From contig JAYEOV010000035.1 of assembly GCA_034723315.1 (NCBI GenBank), positions 8,329-72,328 of the forward strand: a DNA stretch of 64,000 bases, read 5' to 3'. Each line of letters begins with the position of its first letter. Position 1 is the stretch's first letter. Positions 30,041-39,486 of this stretch are shown piece by piece. The translations under genes and the position numbers were made by a program. The notes under the pieces were generated by a model that was given only the letters and a program-made list of their open reading frames with translations, made no database searches and had not been told where the DNA came from. The DNA is from Candidatus Omnitrophota bacterium. Its GTDB lineage: Bacteria > Omnitrophota > Gorgyraeia > Tantalellales > Tantalellaceae.

Positions 30041-30076
30041 AAGAAGCCCTCTCAAATAAATTTGAGAGGGCTTCTT
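30041..30076. terminator. Hairpin between convergent genes
   Basis: AAGAAGCCCTCTCAAAT-AA-ATTTGAGAGGGCTTCTT. Confidence 0.7.
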
Positions 30077-30101
30077 CATGAGATATAAAGACGACCGATC
30101 G

Positions 30102-30335
30102 TTATTTAATTTGTTCCTTGCCTCTTCCTTCGGTCTGTTCCCAGATCGTATGGGTCTGGCTCTTCTGTTCCATTGTTTCCGGGATCTGTATCCTGAAAAG
30201 GTCCGCGAATTCATTCCAGAATCCGCCCCTGCCCGTGGTCCCTTTAGATGTAGTGGTGCTTGCCTCTTCAGCGAACCCAGCCGAAGCGCTGATGAGAAAC
30301 ACAATTACTGCAATAAGCGCGATTAGCTTCTTCAT
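30102..30335 (-). CDS. Small secreted hypothetical protein
   Basis: Signal peptide MKKLIALIAVIVFLISASAGFA, GGGGG RBS. Confidence 0.7.
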   Translation of the reverse strand: MKKLIALIAVIVFLISASAGFAEEASTTTSKGTTGRGGFWNEFADLFRIQIPETMEQKSQTHTIWEQTEGRGKEQIK

Positions 30336-30546
30336 TGATACCCCCTTTTTGAAGTATTATAAAATTATCATATAAAATATTATATATTATACACTCTCAA
30401 TAAGCATAATTGCAATAAGAAATGTTAAATGTTAAATTTATTATGGGCATGATCTTATTTAAGAGGGGCTAAGCCCTATGGGGGCCCCTTTTTTTTTAAC
30501 CTGGTTAAATCTAACCAGGTTAAAAAAAGAAAACTAGTGTCTGTCC

Positions 30547-31293
30547 CTAGTTTTTCAAGAACATTTTTACAGAGAAGAAAATTACAAAAAAGCCGAAAAT
30601 GTAGCGAAGTGTAACAGGCGTTAACATGTTCGACAGTATGGCTCCCAGGATCGCTCCCAGAAGTGATGCGGGGATCAGAAATCTTACCGCCCTGCGGTCG
30701 ATATTATTGAGTTTCGCGTGAAATATGGCACCGGCCGCTGAAGTCGGGACTATAACGGTAAGGGATGTTGCGATGGCCTGGTGCATTTGAAATCCGAAGA
30801 AAAGATCAAGCGACGGGACCATTATGGCGCCTCCGCCGATACCGAAAAGAGCCGATGATATACCCGCGATAAGGCCCAATATTACGAAAAAGGGATACGA
30901 GTTTATGCTCAGGACGCTCTCTGTGGGGATCCTTATAAGTCCGACCTGTTTCAGGCCAACGAAGAGAAGAAGCGCGGCGAACAGGACCCTGATCAGATCT
31001 CCTCTGATCCTGTCCGCGATGGCCGCCCCGATTTTCGCACCGGCGACCGATCCGAGAATGATGAACAAAGCGGAAATGAACAGTATATTGTCGCTGTTCA
31101 GAATATAGTGAGTGCTCACCCCGACAAGAGCCGCGGGGACTATTGTCGTGAGGGATGTGCCTACGGCTTTCTTTATGTCATAGTCCAGCAAAAGGACCAG
31201 GGACGGGACCATTACAACGCCCCCGCCGATACCTAAAAAGGCGCTGCCGAAACCCGCGAAGAAACCCAGGATAAGGAGATAGGAGTTTTTCAT
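30547..31293 (-). CDS. TauE/SafE sulfite exporter family
   Basis: Duplicated GIGGG motifs with AVGTSL and AIATSL. Confidence 0.92.
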   Translation of the reverse strand: MKNSYLLILGFFAGFGSAFLGIGGGVVMVPSLVLLLDYDIKKAVGTSLTTIVPAALVGVSTHYILNSDNILFISALFIILGSVAGAKIGAAIADRIRGDLIRVLFAALLLFVGLKQVGLIRIPTESVLSINSYPFFVILGLIAGISSALFGIGGGAIMVPSLDLFFGFQMHQAIATSLTVIVPTSAAGAIFHAKLNNIDRRAVRFLIPASLLGAILGAILSNMLTPVTLRYIFGFFVIFFSVKMFLKN

Positions 31294-31609
31294 TTGGCTC
31301 TTTAATAACCTGTAAGGATCAAAACCCGTGCGGTTCTTTTTTTATTCAGTTTGCGGACACTTTGTTCGCGAGGCGCCTCATCCACATCGTTGTCACCATG
31401 GCGAGTAACCTGGAAGATGCGTTTTTCAAGACCGGCTGCTTTCGGGTTTTATTATACAGTATACCAGGAGCTGTAAAAAGAAATAATTTCTGGCGGCGTG
31501 ATGAATTGCGGGCTGCGGCAAGCCCCTCTCACCGCGCTGAAAGAGGGGCCTTCCTTTATAATCGGAGTAAAGTTCCACGGACTTACGTCCGCGGAACTTT
31601 AAAGGTGCA

Positions 31610-32110
31610 TTAGAACCTTTCCCTGAACCTTCCCCAGTGAGATTTCCGGCCGTGATCGCGCCGGTGGTGTTTTCTTTCCTCTTTGAGTTCCATGAACTCC
31701 TCGAACTGATCGGGGGTCAAGATCTTTTTCATGTCCAGGAAGTTATCCACCCTTTGATCTATCTGTTTCGCCTGCAGCTTTTTCATGTCGGATACGACCC
31801 TTTTTATTTTTTTTCTGCTGGAGTAGGTTTCCTGCAGCTCTTCGCTGAGATCATGGCGTGTATCTCTCAGTTCTTCCATCAGAGCTTTCATCATTTCCCT
31901 GTTCTCCCGGCGGAGTTCTTTGAGCTGTTCTCTTTGTTTTGGGGACAGGTCAAGCCTTTCCGATATCTTGTCGAATATCTCCGATCTTCGAGCGTTCATT
32001 CCTTCCGGACCGTCCCCGCCATAGGATGGTTGCGAATATGCCGCCGGAGCCGCGCACAGAACCGTGATCACAGCCAGGATGACCGACAATTTCAATACCG
32101 TGTTCTTCAT
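31610..32110 (-). CDS. Spy/CpxP-like periplasmic protein
   Basis: Signal peptide, LSPKQ and ILTPDQ motifs. Confidence 0.9.
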   Translation of the reverse strand: MKNTVLKLSVILAVITVLCAAPAAYSQPSYGGDGPEGMNARRSEIFDKISERLDLSPKQREQLKELRRENREMMKALMEELRDTRHDLSEELQETYSSRKKIKRVVSDMKKLQAKQIDQRVDNFLDMKKILTPDQFEEFMELKEERKHHRRDHGRKSHWGRFRERF

Positions 32111-32237
32111 TTTTTCCTCCTTCTTTTTGTCTTTCTCAATTCTGTCCCTTCACTGCTGGATCCCCGCTTCCGCGGGGATTAAATTCGCATTATGATTTAC
32201 TCTCATTTCAATCGCGTAAATCATGTGCTCATTTAAC

Positions 32238-32266
32238 TTAGACAGAAGGAGATCCAAAATAGTTCC
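32238..32266 (-). promoter_or_regulatory. ECF-type promoter GGAACT-N17-GTCTAA
   Basis: Upstream of the Spy gene, with hexamers identical to the sigma gene promoter. Confidence 0.8.
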
Positions 32267-32281
32267 CTCTATGAACCCATT

Positions 32282-32767
32282 TCATAACAAAAAATCCTCC
32301 ATCGGGATGCCTATATCCGTATAAGAGCCGTTCTCCCGGTCCCCGTTGTTTAGCGCGTCAATGAATGAGAGCTGTTCCTCAAGATACATGTTAAGCGAGG
32401 CCCTGTCGAAGAGGTACGTCCTGGCGACTAATGCCGCTATAACGATAAGTATGGATGCCGTCAGCACGGCGAACGCGGGTTTTCTCTCAGCAAGGATCTC
32501 CCGGAGGCGCTCTCTTAAACCGGAGAGCGGGCTCTCGGGCCGGTTCGCCTCAATGACGCCTTTTATGCCGTGCCAGGTCTCTTCAGGGGGCTGCAGGCGC
32601 TCCGCTCTCTTCAGTGGATCCACGGCTGCGTCACGGACGATCTGCAGCAACTCCCCGCAACGGGGACACGACCTTATGTGGTCTTCGACGACCTTCCTCT
32701 GACCGGGATCAAGTTCTCCGTCTATGTAGTCTGTCAGGATCATTTTCCGTATTTTTCCGCATTTCAT
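32282..32767 (-). CDS. Zinc-binding anti-sigma factor (zf-HC2)
   Basis: C..YIDGEL..HIRSCPRC plus one TM helix. Confidence 0.92.
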   Translation of the reverse strand: MKCGKIRKMILTDYIDGELDPGQRKVVEDHIRSCPRCGELLQIVRDAAVDPLKRAERLQPPEETWHGIKGVIEANRPESPLSGLRERLREILAERKPAFAVLTASILIVIAALVARTYLFDRASLNMYLEEQLSFIDALNNGDRENGSYTDIGIPMEDFLL

Positions 32768-32769
32768 GG

Positions 32770-33318
32770 CTACCCCCTTTTCCGGTATCGGGAGATAAGT
32801 TTTTCACGGGCTCTCTTGAGCCTGGTCCTTACCGTATTTATCTTTATGTTAAGGGTCTCGGCGATCTCTTCATACTTCAACCCCTCGATCTCTTTCAGTA
32901 CCAGACATGCTCTCTGCTCGTCGGGCAGGCTGTTCAGCATGGACCTTACAAGATCCTGGCTGTGTTCTTTTTCAAGCAGGTCCGTTCCGGTTTCTTGAAC
33001 GGGTCCGGCGTCTATCGCGTCATCGAAAGCGACCGTTCTCGCGCGCTCTTTTGACCTTTTCCTGTATACGTTGATCGCCTTGTTCGTGGTTATCCTGTAT
33101 ATCCAGGTCTTGAAAGAGGACTTGAACCGGAATTTCGAGAGGTTCCTGTAAACGCTCACGAAAACGTCCTGGGTAACTTCCTGAGCGTCCTCCCTTCTGC
33201 CTGTAACCCTGAAAGCTATTGTATATACGTAGCCGGAGGCCCTTCTGTATATCTCTTCAAAAGCGTGCATATCGCCTTCAGACGCTTTTATTATTATTTC
33301 CTCTGGTATCGGCTGCAT
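32770..33318 (-). CDS. ECF RNA polymerase sigma factor
   Basis: DAQEVTQDVF, FKTWIYRI, YEEIAETL..TVRTRLKRAR. Confidence 0.95.
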   Translation of the reverse strand: MQPIPEEIIIKASEGDMHAFEEIYRRASGYVYTIAFRVTGRREDAQEVTQDVFVSVYRNLSKFRFKSSFKTWIYRITTNKAINVYRKRSKERARTVAFDDAIDAGPVQETGTDLLEKEHSQDLVRSMLNSLPDEQRACLVLKEIEGLKYEEIAETLNIKINTVRTRLKRAREKLISRYRKRG

Positions 33319-33334
33319 TTTCCCCTCTATTATA

Positions 33335-33363
33335 TTAGACAAAGGGAGCATCGAAAAAGTTCC
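33335..33363 (-). promoter_or_regulatory. ECF autoregulatory promoter GGAACT-N17-GTCTAA
   Basis: Directly upstream of the sigma RBS and ATG. Confidence 0.8.
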
Positions 33364-33401
33364 CCGGTAGTGCGTATTATATCATACGCACCCCGCTTTT
33401 C

Positions 33402-33694
33402 TAGAAGCCATTTCATAACCCGGTTCGTAACGAGGCTGAGCGAAAAAGCCTTTAGCCCTTCGACTCAGGCCCCGGCTTTAGCCGGGGCCTTCGCTCCCTT
33501 CGGCTTCGCTCAGGGCAAGCAGGATTCCGCCCCACCCGGGCGGTAAGGGTGGTGCCCCGGGTTTGCCGGGGGCTCCACAAAGCCTGAGCGGCAAAAAGCC
33601 CGGAAACGTAGCCCCAATCTGCTACGTTGAGGACTTTTTGCTGCGAAAACGCAGCTAACGGCTTTTGCAGCCAGCCGCAGTAGAACAGGGTTTT
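33402..33694 (+). mobile_element. MITE-A copy with nested REP-like insertions
   Basis: Left terminal repeat and the right-hand GCAGCCAGCCGCAGTAGAAC are present. About 125 bp of extra hairpins lie inside. Confidence 0.85.
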
Positions 33695-33699
33695 GTAGT

Positions 33700-33976
33700 T
33701 CGCAGTTACAGGGAGATGACACACGAGATCTGGGAGGATAAGGATCGCACGAAATTGAGAGATAACCGGAAGGTTTTTAAACTGTTTCGCGAAGGGCTCG
33801 AGCCGCTCATACAGGAAGGAAGACTCGGGTGCGTGCTCCTGCAGTTCCCCTATTTTTTTCTGTCCAACCGGGATAATTTTGATTACCTTCAGAGATGCAG
33901 GGACAGTCTTGCCGGAGTAGATGCCGTAGTTGAATTCAGGAACAGGTCGTGGGTAAAGGAACGGACCTTCGAGTGA
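33700..33976 (+). pseudogene. DUF72 family internal fragment
   Basis: MTHE..GRLGCVLLQFPYFF..VVEFRNRSW, lacking both termini. Confidence 0.8.
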
Positions 33977-33982
33977 TAAGTA

Positions 33983-34099
33983 GAAGTTCTGGGGACACGC
34001 CTGTTATAGGCGATAAGCAGACACTACTGAAGTTCCGGGGACACGCTTGTTGTATATGCCTATTTTGCTCGCCCAAGCATGTCCCCGGAATATATTTTT
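33983..34099 (+). repeat. Repeat family D (GAAGTTCYGGGGACACGC units), copy 1
   Basis: Inverted homologue at 44789-44905. Confidence 0.8.
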
Positions 34100-34240
34100 A
34101 TACATAACCGATAACAGATAACCCATAACCGAGATACCCATAGCGAGCATACGTGCACAATACGAGATACCCAAAGCGAGCAAACACGCACCATACCCGG
34201 CACCCAAAACCAGACTTTGCGCCTGCTTCAACATCCACCC

Positions 34241-34744
34241 CTATATAATTTCAAGGATATCCTCAAGGATACTGTTGCGGTTGTCAGGATCGATGGTGTA
34301 TATGTTGACGTCGGCGCGCGATTTAACGGCATCAATGAACCCGGAGCCCTTCAGTTTTATTGTCGCGATCACGTTGCCGGGAGAATCGAGCGCTTTAATT
34401 ACCGTTTTTTTGAACTTCGCTGAGAACAGTTCCATGGGGCCTATCTCGTCAATAATGACCGTCCTGGAATCGTTTATAGCCGATTCGATCGCCGGCAGGG
34501 CGACATCTTCAAAATTCGCCAGATCCACTTTATACTTGCCCACCCTGCAGGGACTTGTGATGTCGATCCCCGACAATATCCCGGTTTTCCCGTCAAGGGT
34601 TTTTATGCGGAATCCGGTCCTTATACCGTTTTTTCGTATTTCCTCAGTATAAAATCCGCCGGCCCTGCCCGCGAAACTCATGGCGATCTTTCTGACCAAC
34701 GTTGTCTTTCCTATTCCCGGTCTTCCCGTTATCAGCACGTTCAT
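34241..34744 (-). CDS. Nucleoside triphosphatase (THEP1/NTPase_1)
   Basis: GRPGIGKTT, GGFYTEE, IDEIGPME. Confidence 0.93.
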   Translation of the reverse strand: MNVLITGRPGIGKTTLVRKIAMSFAGRAGGFYTEEIRKNGIRTGFRIKTLDGKTGILSGIDITSPCRVGKYKVDLANFEDVALPAIESAINDSRTVIIDEIGPMELFSAKFKKTVIKALDSPGNVIATIKLKGSGFIDAVKSRADVNIYTIDPDNRNSILEDILEII

Positions 34745-34917
34745 TTGAATACCCCGAAATTCATAATATCGGCTTTTTTTGCCGTGAGGACAGGTGTTGC
34801 TTCCCGCTCAGAACCGTCCCTGTCAGGTTTTGGCGTGGTGGAGGACCGCTCGTAACCATAGAATTTCAGGGAAAGCCCCCTGCTTGTCCGTAGATCCTTT
34901 TTTCTGTTCCTTGCCAT
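34741..34917 (-). CDS. Possible small protein (58 aa)
   Basis: MARNRKKDLR..NFGVFK. Its stop overlaps the NTPase start (ATGA). Confidence 0.35.
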   Translation of the reverse strand: MARNRKKDLRTSRGLSLKFYGYERSSTTPKPDRDGSEREATPVLTAKKADIMNFGVFK

Positions 34918-34971
34918 TATTGCCGCCTTGTTTTCTTTTCCCCGGGTGTCCCCGTTCCGGAAAAGGTGTCT

Positions 34972-35526
34972 TTATATCGCTGCTAAAGCTACGTTCAAAG
35001 CCACGACCAGAACCTGCGCCAACACGTTCCAGGCCTGCCGCGTGTTACTCCTTTTTCGCAATTCTGATACGACCGCGCTCATGCCTGTCAGGCGGACTAT
35101 CCTTGCGGCGTTTTCCCTGTCGGAAAGTTCGGACACGGGTTTGAGGTAGTGCGCCGATACCTTGGGTTCCAAAGCGTTGTAAACCGCCAGAAGGTCATCG
35201 TCGTTCCAGTTTTTAAGCTCCACTTTTTCATGGGCAAGTCCGAATACCCCGGAATTTTTCAGATAGGCGGACTTTCTTTTCCCGAGGGTCTCCATGAACC
35301 TGGAAATGGTTATGTTCTTCGCCACGCCGTCCTCGAAGGTTTCCGCGGGAACGTTGAAGATCATCACGATCATCATAAGGGCATGTTCGTCGTCGAGTTC
35401 CGCAAATGTCTTGTATTCCTTCCCTTCCAGCTTGTAACCGTAGTGGTGTTTTGTCGTGGCGCATCCCGATAAAAGGGCGCAGAGACAAAAAAATAAGATG
35501 ATAAAACTGTTCTTCTTCAGTTCCAC
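34972..35526 (-). CDS. Hypothetical lipoprotein (paralogue of 19244..19906)
   Basis: Lipobox LSGC and a hydrophobic C-terminal helix. Confidence 0.8.
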   Translation of the reverse strand: MELKKNSFIILFFCLCALLSGCATTKHHYGYKLEGKEYKTFAELDDEHALMMIVMIFNVPAETFEDGVAKNITISRFMETLGKRKSAYLKNSGVFGLAHEKVELKNWNDDDLLAVYNALEPKVSAHYLKPVSELSDRENAARIVRLTGMSAVVSELRKRSNTRQAWNVLAQVLVVALNVALAAI

Positions 35527-35550
35527 TGGAAAAGTCCATGCAAAAAACGT

Positions 35551-36381
35551 TTACTCTGAAACGGTCGCCGTAACGAACATAATGACCGTTCTATATTTTT
35601 CGGCCCCCCTTAGAGGCACGGATACTCCCAAAGGCGTTACGCCCGCCTGTTCAAGGCGCCGTTCCACCCTGTCCATTCCGCCTATAGCGATGGTATCGCC
35701 GCTGTTGATCACCACCTGTGTGATGACGGACCTTTCGTATATGCTGTGGTCTTTGCGGATCTCCCCGATGGCCGGCCTCAGGATCATGGTGATCGAACCG
35801 TCGTTATTCACCCTGGGCAGGACTTCAAGGATGTTCCCGACGGGTTTTCTGTCGACCCAGTTGACGCCTATATTGCCTTTATCCGTTATGATCGTTCTGG
35901 GGAAGACCTCTTTGAGGGCGACCTGTGTCCTTGCGGGCTCGCCGCTGAGCGTCTTTACCGTCATCTGTGTGCGGATATCCGCGGATTCGCTTTTACTCAG
36001 CAGCCAGAAGATCTCATCGAACCTCTCCGGGGGAATGACGCTCTGACCGGCGTCTAATCCCGCCTCACCCATAAGGGTATCGGTCATTTCCACGACAAGA
36101 AGTTTTATCTCGACCTGTTTTCGCGGATTGTCAAGCCGGTCCAGCACTTTCCGGATATGTCTCAAGTTGGCCGGGTAATCGCGGACGATCAGGCTGTTGG
36201 TGGCAGAGTGAAGTGTGGTCTTCCCCTCTTTGCTGTTGAGATGGACTACTGCCGGGTAAATAGATACGGCGTCACCATGCTGTATCTTGAAGACCTCGAC
36301 CTGAAGGTCTTCGGAACCGGCGGATGCCGGAGGAGCCGTGATAAAAAAGGATATTATTATGATAAAAAGTGTTTTTCGCAT
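35551..36381 (-). CDS. Short secretin-like protein (Secretin_N + reduced secretin domain)
   Basis: TNSLIVRD..LDNPRKQVEI..LEVLPRVN..GDTIAIGG..MFVTATV. Confidence 0.82.
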   Translation of the reverse strand: MRKTLFIIIISFFITAPPASAGSEDLQVEVFKIQHGDAVSIYPAVVHLNSKEGKTTLHSATNSLIVRDYPANLRHIRKVLDRLDNPRKQVEIKLLVVEMTDTLMGEAGLDAGQSVIPPERFDEIFWLLSKSESADIRTQMTVKTLSGEPARTQVALKEVFPRTIITDKGNIGVNWVDRKPVGNILEVLPRVNNDGSITMILRPAIGEIRKDHSIYERSVITQVVINSGDTIAIGGMDRVERRLEQAGVTPLGVSVPLRGAEKYRTVIMFVTATVSE

Positions 36382-36486
36382 GATTAGCGGCTATCAACAA
36401 ACTTCCCTGCAGCTTGCTGCGGGGAAGTTTACCCCGCACCGAACCGCATTGGGTTCGGGGTTCTCGTCCCGTACCCAAAGTGGTAC

Positions 36487-36558
36487 GGGAGATTCCGCCC
36501 TACAAGTGGAATCCCGCAGAAAAAGGAGCCGCGGACTCAAGTCCGCGGGACTCCATCC
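36487..36558 (-). repeat. Repeat module C (also nested in MITE-A at 42707-42776)
   Basis: The reverse complement GGATGGAGTCCCGCGGACTTGAGTCCGCGGCTCCTTTTTCTGCGGGATTCCACTTGTAGGGCGGAATC matches the 42.7-kb insert. Confidence 0.8.
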
Positions 36559-36560
36559 GA

Positions 36561-37160
36561 TCAACCGGTTTGTTCTTTTTTTCTGAACAGAAACCCGAAA
36601 ACCTTTTTAAGAGAACGGAACATGACTTTCAGGAACCATATCGAGAAAACAATAAAGGACAATACCAGCAGGCCGGCTATTACGGGGTGCTTGGCCACCA
36701 GCCATAATGCTACCAGGACAAAACTGTCCTCAGCGACGCTGGCAATAATGTTCGTTACAGGTTCAGGTGAGGTGTTTATGGCAACTCGCGCGGTGGCCTT
36801 TGTAAGATGCGAGTCTAACGCCACCACCCCGCAGATCAGGGCTACGGAAAGCTGAACGGATTCGTTCGATCCGGACATGGCCATGAAAGCCAGAAGCGCG
36901 GCGCCTGCCGGCCTTACCATTGTATGAAAGGAATCCCAGGCCGAGTCAACATACGGGATCTTATCCGCGAAGAACTCAATGATAAAAAGAAGCAATGCTA
37001 CCGTTATTATAATGGGATTTGATAAGACATCAAGTTTCCCGGGCAGGTCGATAAATCCAAGCCTGTCAGCTATGCCCAGTACCGCAATAGTAAGATAAAG
37101 GTTAATGCCGGAAGCCCAGGACCCGCCTAATATCATCCCGATATTGCTTAAAGTATTCAT
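36561..37160 (-). CDS. DUF4126 membrane protein
   Basis: WASGINLY, EFFADKIPYVDSAWD, NTSPEP. Confidence 0.92.
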   Translation of the reverse strand: MNTLSNIGMILGGSWASGINLYLTIAVLGIADRLGFIDLPGKLDVLSNPIIITVALLLFIIEFFADKIPYVDSAWDSFHTMVRPAGAALLAFMAMSGSNESVQLSVALICGVVALDSHLTKATARVAINTSPEPVTNIIASVAEDSFVLVALWLVAKHPVIAGLLVLSFIVFSIWFLKVMFRSLKKVFGFLFRKKEQTG

Positions 37161-37168
37161 CTTTCCTG

Positions 37169-38539
37169 TTATTCCCGGGGTTCATCCTGTGCGCCGCCAA
37201 ACAGGGATTTGATGGAATCAAGCGCGTTCGTTCCTTCTTCGGTGGATGAAGGGCTGTCTTTTGAAGTTCCTCCGGTCTGGCCCTTAAAGAGATCACCGAT
37301 GGCTTTTACGCCCTGTTTCTTTATATTTTCGGCAATATTGGTGAGATATGGTTTTATAATGGCCATAAGAGTATCCTGGAATCCTTTGAACTGGGGCTTG
37401 TCTACTGTCCCGGTTATCTGGAACCTGAGGGTTACAGGGTCTATCTGGTTCAACGCTTCACATACGGCCGGTAAAGGGATGATCCCTACGGTGAGCCGCC
37501 GGTCTTTCGGAACGAGATTCTGTTCACGGAGAGTGAGCACGTTCTTTGAGTCTATCGCATCATTTAAGAAAGCCGTTCTGGACTTTATGGAGATCCGGCC
37601 CGCCGTGAAATCCACCGGAAGTGAATCCTCGTAAATAAACCCGACGGCTGTAAGGTCAACATTGTCGGCCGTCAGGTCGCAGGCCGCTTTTTGTGTGTTT
37701 CGTTTGTAACTTTTCGAGTACTGAAAATTGAAAGTGCCCGCGTGAGCGCCGTCTTTGTTTACCCTGCCTTTTATATCCAGTCTGTTGAATCTGGCGCCTT
37801 TTACGGGATCCAGGCCGAGCCCTTTTATTATGATCTTCACGCCCTCTACGCTGACGCCTTTGGCCGTTTTTGTTTCAATATCCAGGCGGGAGTCTTTTAT
37901 CACAAAGTCCCTGATCTGGAAAAGATGTTCCTCTCCAACCTTTTTAAAGAATACTCTTCTGCCTTTTGGAAGTTCCTGGACGTCCCTTTCGATCCTTTCG
38001 GATTCCTTTTGTTCGACTCTTTCCTTTTCTATGGCTTCTTTGGAGGAGGTGCTTTTTATCATGTTCCAGATCCTGCCGAACCAGTCCTTTTTCGGCCTGA
38101 AGCCGGTTACGGTCCAGCGTCTGGGTGCTGCTTTTTGTTCGGCTTTTTGGCTCCGGGCAAGCTTTTGCACGTTGAAAGTTCCGTCAGGCTCCCCTTTCAG
38201 GTCGATCTCAGCCCCGGATATGCTGACGCGCGCAAGGACAAGACGCTTTGAAAGAAGGCCAAGAGGGCTGACGCGGATCGACGCCTTTCGTATCAGGACC
38301 ATCCTCTGTTTTTCGTTATCCGGATCGAACACCTTCAGGCCTTTTAAGGAACACGACAGGGTCAGCGGCCATATAGTGACCTTTTCCACCGTGACCTTCG
38401 CGTCAGCGTGTTCATTAATACTGTCGATGATAGCAGACCCCAGGATGGGAGATATGATCAAGGCGAAGGCTATCTGAAAGACGATCAGCAGCGCCGCAAG
38501 TATGGCTATTCCTTTTATATTGAGGAGCTTCATTGTCAT
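37169..38539 (-). CDS. AsmA/DUF748-like envelope protein (TIGR03545-like)
   Basis: N-terminal TM anchor, AsmA-like beta region, ITGTVDKP, paired with TIGR03546. Confidence 0.7.
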   Translation of the reverse strand: MTMKLLNIKGIAILAALLIVFQIAFALIISPILGSAIIDSINEHADAKVTVEKVTIWPLTLSCSLKGLKVFDPDNEKQRMVLIRKASIRVSPLGLLSKRLVLARVSISGAEIDLKGEPDGTFNVQKLARSQKAEQKAAPRRWTVTGFRPKKDWFGRIWNMIKSTSSKEAIEKERVEQKESERIERDVQELPKGRRVFFKKVGEEHLFQIRDFVIKDSRLDIETKTAKGVSVEGVKIIIKGLGLDPVKGARFNRLDIKGRVNKDGAHAGTFNFQYSKSYKRNTQKAACDLTADNVDLTAVGFIYEDSLPVDFTAGRISIKSRTAFLNDAIDSKNVLTLREQNLVPKDRRLTVGIIPLPAVCEALNQIDPVTLRFQITGTVDKPQFKGFQDTLMAIIKPYLTNIAENIKKQGVKAIGDLFKGQTGGTSKDSPSSTEEGTNALDSIKSLFGGAQDEPRE

Positions 38540-39075
38540 TCCTCCCCCTTTAAACGGCCAATGATAGACAGTATCTTGCTGATAAGAGGTATGTTTTTAA
38601 ACCATTTTACAAAAGCCGAGTTCTTTATCCTGTCAAAGTATTTTTCCCTGATAATGACTATACCTTTTTTCGAGAAAATATAGACAGGAATACATAATAC
38701 CCAGGAAAGGAAAAGCCCCCCGGCGACGAGCGTGTTATTGAGGTCCAGATAAGCGACTACCGGCAAATGCGTCAGCTGTCTCCAGAAAAAGATAAGGTAA
38801 TCGGCCTGTATAAGAAGGTATCCCCCGATGATATCGGCCAGGCCGCTTACCCCAAGCACATACAGAAGTTTAAAAAGCGGCAGCACCAGCATAGCCGCCA
38901 GCCTGTTGATCCTGAAGATGAAAAAACAAAGCAATAACAGGATCGCCATCGGGCCGTTAAGAGGGATGAATCCCATGAACATTCCAAGGCATACGCCGGC
39001 GGCGACTTCACTCGCGGAAGTATTCGAGCTGAACAGTTTGACGATCTTGACCGGAAGATTGATCAAAGGTAACAT
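38536..39075 (-). CDS. TIGR03546 / DUF2062 family membrane protein
   Basis: GVCLGMFMGFIP, LNNTLVAGG. Confidence 0.85.
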   Translation of the reverse strand: MLPLINLPVKIVKLFSSNTSASEVAAGVCLGMFMGFIPLNGPMAILLLLCFFIFRINRLAAMLVLPLFKLLYVLGVSGLADIIGGYLLIQADYLIFFWRQLTHLPVVAYLDLNNTLVAGGLFLSWVLCIPVYIFSKKGIVIIREKYFDRIKNSAFVKWFKNIPLISKILSIIGRLKGEE

Positions 39076-39215
39076 ATTTTTCAAACCTTTCAGAAATAGA
39101 ACACGTTTATTAAACCAGGTCCGATCTTATCAGGATTTCGCCGCGCTTACGTCAATTACCGAACCGGCCCAGGATTCCACCCATCTTGATATTTTTACGC
39201 CGAGAACTCCGGCCA

Positions 39216-39350
39216 TTAAAAGCAGCACCTCTTTTTGGCTTCCGCGGGAGTGAGTCCTTCGGGGCTGCTTTCGAGTTGCTTGAGGACTTCTTCTTTTTCC
39301 AGAGAATGCCAGTTTACGGTTTTTTTGTCTTCCGCCATTTTCTCTTCCAT
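39216..39350 (-). pseudogene. N-terminal remnant of a cation-transporting P-type ATPase
   Basis: WHSLEKEEVLKQLESSPEGLTPAEAKKR (Cation_ATPase_N pattern), then a stop codon. Confidence 0.7.
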
Positions 39351-39486
39351 TTTACGAAAATTATTTTTTAAATATTGTTTATATTATAATTAGTATAATT
39401 ATACAATATTTACTGCCTTTTCCAATTTTTATTTGTAAACTTATCCTGTGAACAAAATCCGGAGAACCCGGCACATGACCCGAGAC

